This document shows, piece after piece, positions 55,099-64,000 of a DNA stretch of 64,000 bases (its first letter is position 1; each line of letters begins with the position of its first letter). Under the pieces are notes generated by a model. It was not told where the DNA came from. It was given only the letters and a program-made list of their open reading frames with translations, and searched no databases. This stretch comes from an uncultured Bacteroidia bacterium (GTDB taxonomy: Bacteria; Bacteroidota; Bacteroidia; Bacteroidales; ML635J-15): positions 48,561 to 112,560 of the forward strand of contig CACYQN010000011.1 in NCBI GenBank assembly GCA_902776565.1, given 5' to 3'. Position numbers and translations under genes: made by a program.

Positions 55099-55917
55099 TT
55101 ACCCCCTCGGCTGCAAACTCCGTCTATACTCGCTGGGCGACTGACCTAAATGTTTGGTGCAGTAGCGGCTGAAATAGGAAAGCGAAGCAAAATTCATACG
55201 CTCGGCAATTTGCGTAAGCGAGAGGCGCTCGTCGTCGAGATACTTTTTTATAATTGGTACGGTATGGCGGTTGATGTAGCTGCTAACGCTATGACCTGTG
55301 ACGCGCTTGACGGTTGCCGAAAGGTACTTTGGCGACACATTCAGTCGTTCGGCATAGTAGGTTACCTCGCGCTCGGTGCGGCTTATACCCGTCGAAAGCA
55401 TATCCATCAGTTGCTTCACGATGTAGGCTGTTCGGTCGCTGTGCGGAGCTGTAGTATCGCGCTGTGCGTGCGGCTCGAAGATGTAGTACATCATCGTAAG
55501 GCAGAGGCTACCCATAAGTTCGCGGTAGAACAGCAGATGACGGTCGCCTAGTCGGTCGCGCAGACGATGGAAATCGGCCAGCATAATTGAAGCCTGCTCA
55601 TCGGTAAGTGGAATTACCGGGTTTTGGTTCAGGCTTATACTGCCGCCTATGCTGTAGTTGTTCGATGGTAGCAGGTTTTGGAGAAACTTGTTGTCGGCAG
55701 CAAACCACTCGACCTGCATGTCGGGATGCGCAGCAAGATTTTTCACACGGTCGGGCATCGGAACAACTACCAAATCATTCTTCACAATATGGTAGCATCG
55801 TTCGTTGAACACAAAACTCCCCTCCCCAGCCGTGCAAAGCAGATGCATACAGGTATGAGCCAGTTCTGGTGCGTTCATCCCATAAAAGTCCGTCGAATAT
55901 AGAAAGTCAATCTTCAC
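55099..55917 (-). CDS. AraC-family transcriptional regulator
   Basis: 272 aa. C-terminal HTH_18 pattern (YYAERLNVSPKYLSATVK ... IAERMNFASLSYFSRYCTKHLG). Divergent from the redox cluster. Confidence 0.8.
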   Translation of the reverse strand: MKIDFLYSTDFYGMNAPELAHTCMHLLCTAGEGSFVFNERCYHIVKNDLVVVPMPDRVKNLAAHPDMQVEWFAADNKFLQNLLPSNNYSIGGSISLNQNPVIPLTDEQASIMLADFHRLRDRLGDRHLLFYRELMGSLCLTMMYYIFEPHAQRDTTAPHSDRTAYIVKQLMDMLSTGISRTEREVTYYAERLNVSPKYLSATVKRVTGHSVSSYINRHTVPIIKKYLDDERLSLTQIAERMNFASLSYFSRYCTKHLGQSPSEYRRSLQPRG

Positions 55918-56045
55918 GAGGCGAAGTTACAGATTATTTTTTATTCCCCCAAAACATTTGTGCAAAAAGTGAAAATTATAGTGCTTTTTGTGAAATAGCG
56001 GTTCCGTGGATTTGCTGTTTTTTTGCATCGTAAAACAAAAGAGTT

Positions 56046-56579
56046 ATGCAAGAAGAAAGAGTTGACCCAAGGTTATCGACAGCCGAAGAACTTGCCGAAG
56101 GCGTTCGTCAGGCTCAGACATTATTCAAGTTGAACCACACTATGCCATATACCGACGAGTACAATGCGCTCGCCAAGGAACTGTTTGGCCACGATGTATT
56201 TGCTGACGGTGGCTTCGTAATGCCCGGACTCACAGGTGTTTGCTTCGACCGCGTACGACTGGGCAAAGGTGTAATGATAATGAACAACTGCCTTATGATG
56301 GCTCGCGGAGGCATCACAATTGATGACGGTGCAATGATTGCCGCCAATGCGCAGCTAATTTCCAACAACCACGACCTCCACGACCGTATGATACTGATTT
56401 TCAAGCCAGTACACATCTGCGAAAACGCTTGGATTGGCGCAGGAGCCACCATCTTGCCGGGTGTTACAGTTGGCAAAAACGCCGTGGTAGCCGCAGGTGC
56501 TGTGGTTACAAAGGATGTTGCCGAAAATACCATCGTTGGCGGAAATCCAGCAAAATTCATCAAGAACATAGGAGAATAA
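56046..56579 (+). CDS. sugar O-acetyltransferase (left-handed beta-helix, maltose/galactoside acetyltransferase-like)
   Basis: Hexapeptide repeats. C-terminal WIGAGATILPGVTVGKNAVVAAGAVVTKDV block. Confidence 0.75.
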   Translation: MQEERVDPRLSTAEELAEGVRQAQTLFKLNHTMPYTDEYNALAKELFGHDVFADGGFVMPGLTGVCFDRVRLGKGVMIMNNCLMMARGGITIDDGAMIAANAQLISNNHDLHDRMILIFKPVHICENAWIGAGATILPGVTVGKNAVVAAGAVVTKDVAENTIVGGNPAKFIKNIGE

Positions 56580-56582
56580 ATT

Positions 56583-57188
56583 ATGAAAACCTTGAATGTA
56601 ATGCTATTATTATTGGTACTCGCTACCAGCTGCAACGCACAGAACAAACAAGAAGTTAAACCACAAAATCATAACAATATGAGCAAATCAATCGTCATTT
56701 TCTTCTCACATGCTGGCGACAACTACAGCGTGGGAAACATCGAGGTTGGCAATACAAAAATTGTAGCCGACTACATATCGGAAATCGCTGGTGCTGAGCA
56801 ATTTGAAATAATCACTCACAAATACGACGGCATGGCCTACACGCCACTTATCGAACTAGCCAAGAAAGAGGCTGCCAACGGCGAATTGCCGCCATACGAA
56901 GGCTCTGCTCCCGACCTTTCGCAGTACGACACCGTATTTATCGGTGGTCCCGTGTGGTGGGGAACCTATCCGCAGGTGATGTTCACGCTTTTCCGCGATA
57001 TAAATCTTGACGGCAAAACCGTCATCCCATTCACAACCCACGAAGGCAGCGGCTTGGCATCTTGTGTCGATGATGTGAAAAAAGCTTTTCCAAAGGCAAG
57101 TGTACACAAAGGCTTCAGCATCTACGGACACGAAGTGCGCACAGGCAAGGCAAAAGTTGAGAAATGGTTAAAAGGACTTGGCTATTAA
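56583..57188 (+). CDS. flavodoxin-family lipoprotein
   Basis: Lipobox LATSC. VIFFSHAGDNYS and GGPVWWGTYP blocks. Confidence 0.65.
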   Translation: MKTLNVMLLLLVLATSCNAQNKQEVKPQNHNNMSKSIVIFFSHAGDNYSVGNIEVGNTKIVADYISEIAGAEQFEIITHKYDGMAYTPLIELAKKEAANGELPPYEGSAPDLSQYDTVFIGGPVWWGTYPQVMFTLFRDINLDGKTVIPFTTHEGSGLASCVDDVKKAFPKASVHKGFSIYGHEVRTGKAKVEKWLKGLGY

Positions 57189-57207
57189 CAATTTAAAATT
57201 AAATTCT

Positions 57208-58056
57208 ATGCAATACATAACATTAAACAACGGCGTAAAAATGCCACAGATGGGCTACGGAGTGTATCAGGTGACACCAAGCGATGCAGAACGCTGCGTG
57301 AGCGATGCGCTTAGCGTAGGTTACAGAATGATAGATACAGCACAGGCTTACCAAAACGAAGATGGTGTAGGCAATGCGGTGAAAAAGAGCGGCATATCTC
57401 GCGATGAAATATTCATCGTCTCCAAAATATGGATTTCGAATTACGGCTACGAAAGAGCAAAAGCATCAATCGAGGAGAGCCTGCGCAAACTGCAAACCGA
57501 ATACATCGACCTTATGTTGCTGCACCAACCATTCTGCGACCGCTACGGAGCATACCGTGCATTGGAGGATGCTTACCACAAAGGCAAACTACGAGCAATC
57601 GGTGTAAGCAATTTCTACCCCGACCATTTCATCGACCTTGCCTCGAATGTGGAGGTAAAACCTATGGTAAACCAAGTCGAAACTCATGTTTTCAACCAGC
57701 AGCATCTACCGCAGAAATATATGGAGGAGTTCGGATGCCAGATTATGTCGTGGGGTCCATTGGCAGAAGGTCGTAACAATTTCTTCACCAACGAATTACT
57801 TTCCCAAATTGGCAAAACTCACGGTAAAAGTGTTGCCCAGGTTGCACTTCGTTTCTTATTGCAACGCAATGTAATTATCATTCCGAAATCAACACACAAG
57901 GAGCGCATGGCCGAGAACTTCAATATTTTCGACTTCGAACTTTCGGCTGACGAGATGGCTCGCATCGAAACACTCGACACCAAACAGAGCCTCTTCTTCG
58001 ACCACCACGACGGCGAAGTGACCAAAATGTTTATGGGATGGAGAGGTTTAATCTAA
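57208..58056 (+). CDS. aldo/keto reductase
   Basis: Start at MQYITLNNGVKMPQMGYGVYQ. IDTAQAYQNE and LRAIGVSNF blocks. Confidence 0.85.
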   Translation: MQYITLNNGVKMPQMGYGVYQVTPSDAERCVSDALSVGYRMIDTAQAYQNEDGVGNAVKKSGISRDEIFIVSKIWISNYGYERAKASIEESLRKLQTEYIDLMLLHQPFCDRYGAYRALEDAYHKGKLRAIGVSNFYPDHFIDLASNVEVKPMVNQVETHVFNQQHLPQKYMEEFGCQIMSWGPLAEGRNNFFTNELLSQIGKTHGKSVAQVALRFLLQRNVIIIPKSTHKERMAENFNIFDFELSADEMARIETLDTKQSLFFDHHDGEVTKMFMGWRGLI

Positions 58057-58067
58057 AATTATAAAAT

Positions 58068-59174
58068 ATGAAGAAAACGATATTAGTAATTTGCTCGGCA
58101 GTTCTTATGGCTGCTTGCAACAATACGACCAACAATACTGAAAAAGGCATGAACACATTGACATTCAACGAAAAACAGGCATCGTGCATAAGTGCAATTG
58201 CTTGTTACGAAGCGCAAGGAAATCTCGGAAAACTTGCAGAATCCATCAACAACGGCCTCGACAATGGCTTGACAGTCAGCCAAATCAAGGAAGCCCTCTC
58301 GCAACTTTATGCCTACACGGGTTTTCCTCGCTCGCTCAATGCCTTGGGAACTTTGCAAAAGGTTGTTGCCGACCGCGATGTCAAAGGTCTGAAGACCGAA
58401 TTGGGAGAAGATGCATCGCCGTTGCCATCAAACTACGACGCGCTTAAGCAAGGTACCGAAGTGCAGACAAAACTCAGCGGACAACCTTTCAACTACGACT
58501 TCTGCCCTGCCGAGGACTACTATCTGAAAGCACATCTATTCGGCGACATCTTCGCCCGCAACAACCTCACCCACGCCGACCGCGAACTAATCACCGTAAG
58601 TGCTTTGAGCGGTCTGGAAAATGTAATGCCGCAGTTGCAGGCTCATGTGCGTGGAGCTTTGAATATGGGTGTAACAGAAGAGCAGTTGCGCAACATCCCG
58701 AATTCGTTGAGGGAAAATGGACTTTCCATCGAAGCTTCGCGCTGTGAGGCCGCCATTGCTATGGCTGTTGACGGCAAGACAGATGTTGTTTGTGCACAGT
58801 CGCCATGGCCCATCGGAGAACCTAATACGGCATACGCACAATATTTCATAGGCAACAGCTACCTTGTACCTATGGATGGCGGAATGGTTAATGTCTGCTT
58901 CGAGCCAGGTTGCCGCAACAACTGGCACATTCACCACAACCAAGTTCAGGTGCTGGTATGCGTGAGCGGTCGCGGATGGTACCAGGAATGGGGAAAGCCA
59001 GCCGTCGAGCTGAAACCCGGTGTGGTAATTGAAATTCCCGAAGGCGTAAAGCATTGGCACGGTGCTTCCAAGGACAGTTGGATGCAACACCTTACATATC
59101 ACAAGGATGTGAAGGAAAATGCCAGCAATGAGTGGCTTGAGCCAGTAAGCGACGAGCAATATGAACAGCTATAA
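58068..59174 (+). CDS. carboxymuconolactone decarboxylase-family domain fused to a cupin domain (lipoprotein)
   Basis: Lipobox MAAC. CMD-like LTHADRELITVSAL. C-terminal cupin pattern NNWHIHH...QVLVCVSGRGWYQEWG. Confidence 0.65.
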   Translation: MKKTILVICSAVLMAACNNTTNNTEKGMNTLTFNEKQASCISAIACYEAQGNLGKLAESINNGLDNGLTVSQIKEALSQLYAYTGFPRSLNALGTLQKVVADRDVKGLKTELGEDASPLPSNYDALKQGTEVQTKLSGQPFNYDFCPAEDYYLKAHLFGDIFARNNLTHADRELITVSALSGLENVMPQLQAHVRGALNMGVTEEQLRNIPNSLRENGLSIEASRCEAAIAMAVDGKTDVVCAQSPWPIGEPNTAYAQYFIGNSYLVPMDGGMVNVCFEPGCRNNWHIHHNQVQVLVCVSGRGWYQEWGKPAVELKPGVVIEIPEGVKHWHGASKDSWMQHLTYHKDVKENASNEWLEPVSDEQYEQL

Positions 59175-59250
59175 TCATTAACTAATATTGTCAATTGCCA
59201 TTTTGATGTTTTTTAGTATTTTTGAACCCTAAACATAAACATATAGCTCA

Positions 59251-60492
59251 ATGAAGAAAATAGTATTACTCGCATTTGCTACCATTTTAATGATGGTAAG
59301 CTGCACTAACCGACAGAAAACACCGCAGTTTAAGGAAAATCCCGATATGGAATACCGCACATTGGGAAGCACAGGACTGCGCGTTGGCGTGATTGGACTT
59401 GGATGCGGAGGTTTCGATGAAATTGACTCTACCGCTTCGCGCGAACTCGTCACATACGCCCTTGACCACGGCATGAACTACATGGACCTTTACGATGCTA
59501 ATCCAAAGGTTCGCAGCAACATAGGTTACGGACTTGGCGACCGCCGTGCAGAGATGATTATACAAGGTCACATTGGTTGCTGGTGGAACGGCGACAGCTA
59601 CGAGCGCACCCGCGATGTGGAAAAATGCAAAATCGGTTTCGAAGACCTGTTGGAACGACTGCACACCGATTACATTGATGTCGGTATGATTCATATCGTT
59701 GACAAGATGGAAGAATGGCAGGAAATACAGGGAAGCCCCTATCTGCAATATGTGCAAGACCTGAAGGCGCAGGGAAAAATCAAGCACATTGGTCTAAGCA
59801 GCCACAATGCCGAAGTTGCACTTGCCATCGCCAAGAGCGGACTGGTAGAGGTTATCATGTTCAGTCTCAACCCTGCATTCGACCGTGTACAGTCGGACAA
59901 GAATCCTTGGGATTCAAAGACTTTCGATGAAATGCTACCAGGAATTGACCCCGTCCGCGTGGAATTGTACGACTACTGCGCCCAGCACGACATTGCCATC
60001 ACAGTTATGAAAACCTTCGGCGGAGGTGACCGTCTGCTTGATGCCGAGAAATCGCCACTGAAGATTGCGCTTACCCGCGACCAGTGTTTTGCGTATGTGC
60101 TGGCAAAACCATGCGTGAAAGTTGCACTTTGCAGTATCGACAGTGCCAGCAAGGTTGACGAATACCTGCACTACCTTAAGGCTACCGACGAGGAAAAGGA
60201 TTACAATTCAGCACTCAGCAAGCAAACAGCACAAAACGATATGGACAAAGGTGCATGCACCTATTGCAACCATTGTATGCCCTGCAGTGCCGGCATTCCG
60301 ATTGCAAAGGTAAACGAGCTGCTCGACAAGGCCGAAAAAGAAGGACTTACATCCGAATTGAAGGCAAAATACGATTCGTTGCCCCATCATGCAGGCGAAT
60401 GCACGCATTGCGGTGCTTGCCTAAGCCGTTGTCCGTTCGGAGTTGACATACCAACGCAGATGGACAGAGCAAAGGAAGTGTTCGGAAAATGA
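59251..60492 (+). CDS. aldo/keto reductase with C-terminal 4Fe-4S ferredoxin-type domain
   Basis: AKR N-terminal region. Two Cys clusters, CTYCNHCMPC and CTHCGACLSRCP. Confidence 0.7.
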   Translation: MKKIVLLAFATILMMVSCTNRQKTPQFKENPDMEYRTLGSTGLRVGVIGLGCGGFDEIDSTASRELVTYALDHGMNYMDLYDANPKVRSNIGYGLGDRRAEMIIQGHIGCWWNGDSYERTRDVEKCKIGFEDLLERLHTDYIDVGMIHIVDKMEEWQEIQGSPYLQYVQDLKAQGKIKHIGLSSHNAEVALAIAKSGLVEVIMFSLNPAFDRVQSDKNPWDSKTFDEMLPGIDPVRVELYDYCAQHDIAITVMKTFGGGDRLLDAEKSPLKIALTRDQCFAYVLAKPCVKVALCSIDSASKVDEYLHYLKATDEEKDYNSALSKQTAQNDMDKGACTYCNHCMPCSAGIPIAKVNELLDKAEKEGLTSELKAKYDSLPHHAGECTHCGACLSRCPFGVDIPTQMDRAKEVFGK

Positions 60493-60929
60493 AAGTTATG
60501 GTCAACATATTAGCTTTTGCCATGCTATTTTTCGCTTCGTGTACGAAAGAAGAACCCGATATGACGACGCCAGCATCTGTAAAGACAATACAACTTTCGA
60601 TTGGCGACAAGATTTTCACCGCCACACTCGAAGACAACAATAGTGCAGAAAGTTTTTACGCACTATTGCCGACTACTTTGGAAATGAACGAGCTGAACGG
60701 GAACGAAAAATACAATTACCTCGAAACCACCCTGCCCGTCAACAGCATCCGTCCTGGAACCATCAACGCTGGCGACATTATGCTTTACGGGGACAACTGC
60801 ATAGTGGTGTTCTACGAAACTTTCAAGTCGTCGTACAGCTATTCGCCAATCGGACATATAAATGATATCCAACAACTTAAAGAAGCACTTGGCACAGGAA
60901 ACATAACAATAAAATTCAGCAAGCAATGA
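60489..60929 (+). CDS. cyclophilin-like fold protein
   Basis: 146 aa. ATGA overlap with the upstream gene. The pattern IGDKIFTATLEDNNSAESFYALLP...GDIMLYGDNCIVVFY recalls the cyclophilin-like superfamily. Confidence 0.45.
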   Translation: MKVMVNILAFAMLFFASCTKEEPDMTTPASVKTIQLSIGDKIFTATLEDNNSAESFYALLPTTLEMNELNGNEKYNYLETTLPVNSIRPGTINAGDIMLYGDNCIVVFYETFKSSYSYSPIGHINDIQQLKEALGTGNITIKFSKQ

Positions 60930-61471
60930 CAGACAACCCCACAGGAAAAGACTATGTCGGCAGCGACGACCTCTATGCCGATGTGCAACGGACAATGAAA
61001 CTGTGTACCGAAATGAACACTGGCTATCACAACGAAGCGGAAGTCAGAGACTACTTGAGACAGATAACCGGTAGCAACATCGACGAAACCGTGCGTGTGT
61101 TTCCTCCGTTTAACATCAATTATGGACTTACAACACGCTTTGGCCGCGACTGTTTTGTAAACTTCGGCTGTACATTTCTTGCACTCGGCGGAATAACAAT
61201 CGAAGACGGCGCATTTATCGGACCGCATTGCGTACTTGCTACCGAATATCATCCCGAAGACCCTGCCACGCGTCATTCGTTGCTTACAAAGCCCATTGTC
61301 ATCGGACGCAATGTCTGGCTCGGTGCCGATGTGAAAGTGCTTGCCGGCGTTACTATCGGCGAAAATGCCATAGTTGCTGCAGGAAGCGTTGTTACCAAGG
61401 ATGTACCAGCCAATATGGTCGTTGCTGGAAGTCCTGCCAGAATAATTAGAGAAATAAAAGAAAACAAATAA
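60926..61471 (+). CDS. sugar O-acetyltransferase (left-handed beta-helix)
   Basis: Hexapeptide repeats. VWLGADVKVLAGVTIGENAIVAAGSVVTKDVPANMVVAGSPARIIREI. Paralog of 56046..56579. Confidence 0.75.
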   Translation: MTDNPTGKDYVGSDDLYADVQRTMKLCTEMNTGYHNEAEVRDYLRQITGSNIDETVRVFPPFNINYGLTTRFGRDCFVNFGCTFLALGGITIEDGAFIGPHCVLATEYHPEDPATRHSLLTKPIVIGRNVWLGADVKVLAGVTIGENAIVAAGSVVTKDVPANMVVAGSPARIIREIKENK

Positions 61472-61484
61472 CAAATACAACTAT

Positions 61485-62006
61485 TTGATTATGAAGCAAA
61501 TTACATTAATAATCGCAATATGCTGCCTACTGTCGGGCGCATACGCACAAAACAAACAAGCAAAGGAGAATACCGAAATGAAAAAGACATTAGTAGTTTA
61601 TTTTTCGGCTACAGGCACTACCAAGGCCGCAGCCCAGAGGTTGGCAAAGGAAAAGAATGCCGACCTGTTCGAAATCGTACCAGAGAAGCCCTACACTGCC
61701 GCCGACCTCGACTGGCGTGACAAGCAGTCGCGTTCAACGCTGGAAATGAAGGACAAGAGTTCGCGTCCGGCAATCAAGAACACCTGCCCCAACATTGCCG
61801 ACTACGACACCATTTGGATTGGTTTCCCAGTATGGTGGTACACAGCACCGACAATCATCAACACATTCATCGAGGCTCACGACCTTAGCGGCAAGGTGCT
61901 GAATGTGTTTGCAACCAGCGGAGGTAGCGGAGTCGAAGGTTCTGCAAAAGACTTGAAAAAGGCCTATCCGCAATACACTTGGGGCGAAAGCAGACTTATG
62001 AATTAA
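61485..62006 (+). CDS. secreted flavodoxin-family protein
   Basis: Signal peptide. VVYFSATGTTK and ADLDWRD blocks and a GFPVWWYTAP block. Confidence 0.7.
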   Translation: MIMKQITLIIAICCLLSGAYAQNKQAKENTEMKKTLVVYFSATGTTKAAAQRLAKEKNADLFEIVPEKPYTAADLDWRDKQSRSTLEMKDKSSRPAIKNTCPNIADYDTIWIGFPVWWYTAPTIINTFIEAHDLSGKVLNVFATSGGSGVEGSAKDLKKAYPQYTWGESRLMN

Positions 62007-62024
62007 TCCTGTAAATAAGCGACA

Positions 62025-63125
62025 ATGAAGAAATTAGCATTATTTGCAACGATAGTCATATTGGCAACTGCTTGCAACGACAAAACGCAACCAACAGAAA
62101 CAAAAGAGGAAATGAAACAGGAATTACAACTCACGCAGGAATGGGACAAGGTTTTCCCACTCAGCGACAAAGTTGACCACAGCAAGGTTACATTTGAAAC
62201 ACAGTATGGGCTGACGTTAGCAGCCGATCTCTACACTCCAAAGGAAGCCCAAGGCAAACTGGCGGCCATCGCTGTGAGCGGTCCTTTCGGCGCTGTCAAG
62301 GAGCAGAGCAGCGGCCTCTACGCCATGCGGATGGCGGAGCGCGGCTTTGTGGCACTGGCTTTCGACCCGTCGTACACTGGCGAGAGCAGCGGCGAACCTC
62401 GCCGTACGGCATCACCCGACATCAACACCGAGGACTTTATGGCTGCCGTCGATTTTCTGTCGAAGCAGGACAATGTGGATGCCGAACGCATAGGCATCAT
62501 CGGCATCTGCGGTTGGGGTGGCATAGCCCTCAACGCTGCCGCTGCCGACACGCGCATCAAGGCTACCGTGGCAAGCACAATGTACGACATGACCCGTGTC
62601 AGTGGCAACGGATACTTCGACAGCGAAGACAAAGAAGAGTCGCGCCATACTGCCCGCGAGGCAATGAGCAAGCAACGCCTCTCCGATCCAATGGTAATGG
62701 CTGGCGGTGTCATCGACCCGCTGCCCGATGAAGTTCCACAGTTTGTGAAAGATTACCACGCCTATTACAAAACCCCGCGCGGCTACCATAAGCGTAGCGG
62801 CAACAGCAACGACGGATGGCGCGTCATCGGCACACAGGCTTACGCCAACAGCCGTTTCCTCTACTACATCAACGAAATTCGTTCCGCAGTTCTCGTGATG
62901 CACGGCGCCGAGGCTCATTCACGCTACTTTGGTGAAGCAGCCTACAAATATATGCTGGAAGGTCAGTCCGAAGGATACAACTTCATCGGCAAACCGAATC
63001 CCAATCCCGAAAACAAACAGCTGCTCATCATCCCCGGTGCTTCACACTGCGACCTTTATGACGGTGGCGAGGGCAACTACATCCCTTGGGACACGCTTGC
63101 AGAATTTTTCGGGAAGAATCTATAG
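62025..63125 (+). CDS. alpha/beta hydrolase lipoprotein (dienelactone-hydrolase-like, Cys at nucleophile elbow)
   Basis: Lipobox LATAC. The elbow GICGWGG (G-x-C-x-G) replaces the usual G-x-S-x-G. Confidence 0.55.
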   Translation: MKKLALFATIVILATACNDKTQPTETKEEMKQELQLTQEWDKVFPLSDKVDHSKVTFETQYGLTLAADLYTPKEAQGKLAAIAVSGPFGAVKEQSSGLYAMRMAERGFVALAFDPSYTGESSGEPRRTASPDINTEDFMAAVDFLSKQDNVDAERIGIIGICGWGGIALNAAAADTRIKATVASTMYDMTRVSGNGYFDSEDKEESRHTAREAMSKQRLSDPMVMAGGVIDPLPDEVPQFVKDYHAYYKTPRGYHKRSGNSNDGWRVIGTQAYANSRFLYYINEIRSAVLVMHGAEAHSRYFGEAAYKYMLEGQSEGYNFIGKPNPNPENKQLLIIPGASHCDLYDGGEGNYIPWDTLAEFFGKNL

Positions 63126-63154
63126 ATTAGAAACAGATAAATCGGAATTTACGA

Positions 63155-63915
63155 ATGAAACAGGTATCAGTATTAGTAGGTGCAGGAAGCATCGGACTGG
63201 CGATAATCCGTCGCGTGTCAGCAGGCAAGCACGTGGTGCTGGCCGACTATAGTGAAGAGAATGCCAAGCGAACTGCCAAGACATTGGAAGACGCAGGCTT
63301 CGAATGTTCTACCATCCGATGTGACATTGGAAACAAGGAGGATATCCTTGCTTTGGTGGAGTTTGCCACGAGTAAGGGAGATGTGAAATACTTAGTGAAT
63401 GCCGCTGGTGTGTCGCCTTCCCAGGCTCCCGTAGAGGAGATTCTTCGTGTTGATCTTTACGGCACAAGCGTACTCATGGAGGAGTTCGGCAAGGTCATGG
63501 CTGATGGTGGTTCTGGCATCATCATTTCGTCGCAGAGCGGTCACCGTCTGCCAGCCTTGCCCCAGGAGCAGAACGATGCACTGGCAATGTCGCCCGTGGA
63601 AGAGCTGATGCGATTGCCGTTCATCCCTGTCGCTGGGCAAAACGCGGTGCCACCATCAACAGCATCTCGCCTGGCATCATCATCACCCCATTGGCAAATG
63701 ATGAGCTACACGGCCCTCGTGCCAAGGGCTATCTTGATATGATAGCCGGTATGCCAGCCCGTCGTGCAGGAACGCCTGATGAGGTAGGCGATTTGGCAGA
63801 GTTCCTGATGTCCTCTCGCGGTCGTTTCATCAGCGGTGCAGATTTTCTGATCGACGGCGGCTGCACTGCCAGCTACTGGTATGGTGATTTGCAATACTTA
63901 AAGGCAACTCACTAA
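63155..63915 (+). pseudogene. SDR-family oxidoreductase, disrupted (frame change and apparent internal deletion)
   Basis: The N-terminal part (63155 onward) has GAGSIGLA and IIISSQSG. The homologous reading continues in another frame from ~63634 (WAKRGATINSISPGIIITPLANDEL...FLIDGGCTA). No YxxxK segment is present between them. Confidence 0.6.
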
Positions 63916-63940
63916 ATTCCAATTTATCTGCATAAAAAAT

Positions 63941-64000
63941 ATGTACAGTTTAAAATACAAAGTAACAACAAGCACCTGCGACAGCGAAGGACGGCTGAAA
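63941..64000 (+). CDS. hypothetical protein, 5' fragment running off the window
   Basis: ATG at 63941, MYSLKYKVTTSTCDSEGRLK. Too short to assign. Confidence 0.25.
   Translation, partial: MYSLKYKVTTSTCDSEGRLK

Overview
This 64-kb chromosomal window looks like a Bacteroidales (Prevotella-like) genome. Evidence: a T9SS C-terminal sorting tail on an S8 protease, many lipoprotein signal peptides, TAnnTTTG-type -7 promoter boxes, and a Na+-translocating methylmalonyl-CoA decarboxylase operon. Housekeeping content includes hemW, an ECF sigma/anti-sigma pair with three GIN/DUF2807 paralogs, mce-mmdADCB, rplM-rpsI-rpsB-tsf, mtaB, dapA, a DEAD-box helicase, an acyl-CoA ligase, a GH78 rhamnosidase and a MATE pump. 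Four parts look accessory or unusual. (1) An ~11-kb island (about 16.85-27.93 kb) lies between the mce operon and the GH78 gene. Its core is a very AT-rich, translationally coupled two-gene operon. It encodes a 1152-aa SF2 helicase fused to a PD-(D/E)xK-like nuclease, followed by a 589-aa protein with weak MID/PIWI-like patterns. I read this as a diverged DdmDE-like (helicase-nuclease plus Argonaute-like) defence module, or otherwise a new two-gene system. It is followed by three AAA+/wHTH-type ATPase genes, each with its own upstream repeat motifs, and it is partitioned by a family of GGATT-NNN-AATCC hairpin repeats. (2) A compact graspetide-type RiPP operon encodes a TerB-like protein, an 82-aa precursor and an MvdD/MdnC-like ATP-grasp ligase. 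(3) A ~160-nt non-coding element with a conserved hairpin occurs in two copies, one at each of these two accessory loci. (4) An AraC-linked redox/detox cluster contains duplicated acetyltransferase-flavodoxin modules and an SDR pseudogene. I did not recognise any rRNA, tRNA, CRISPR array, transposase or integrase. All family assignments come from motif reading by eye and need profile or structure searches to confirm.
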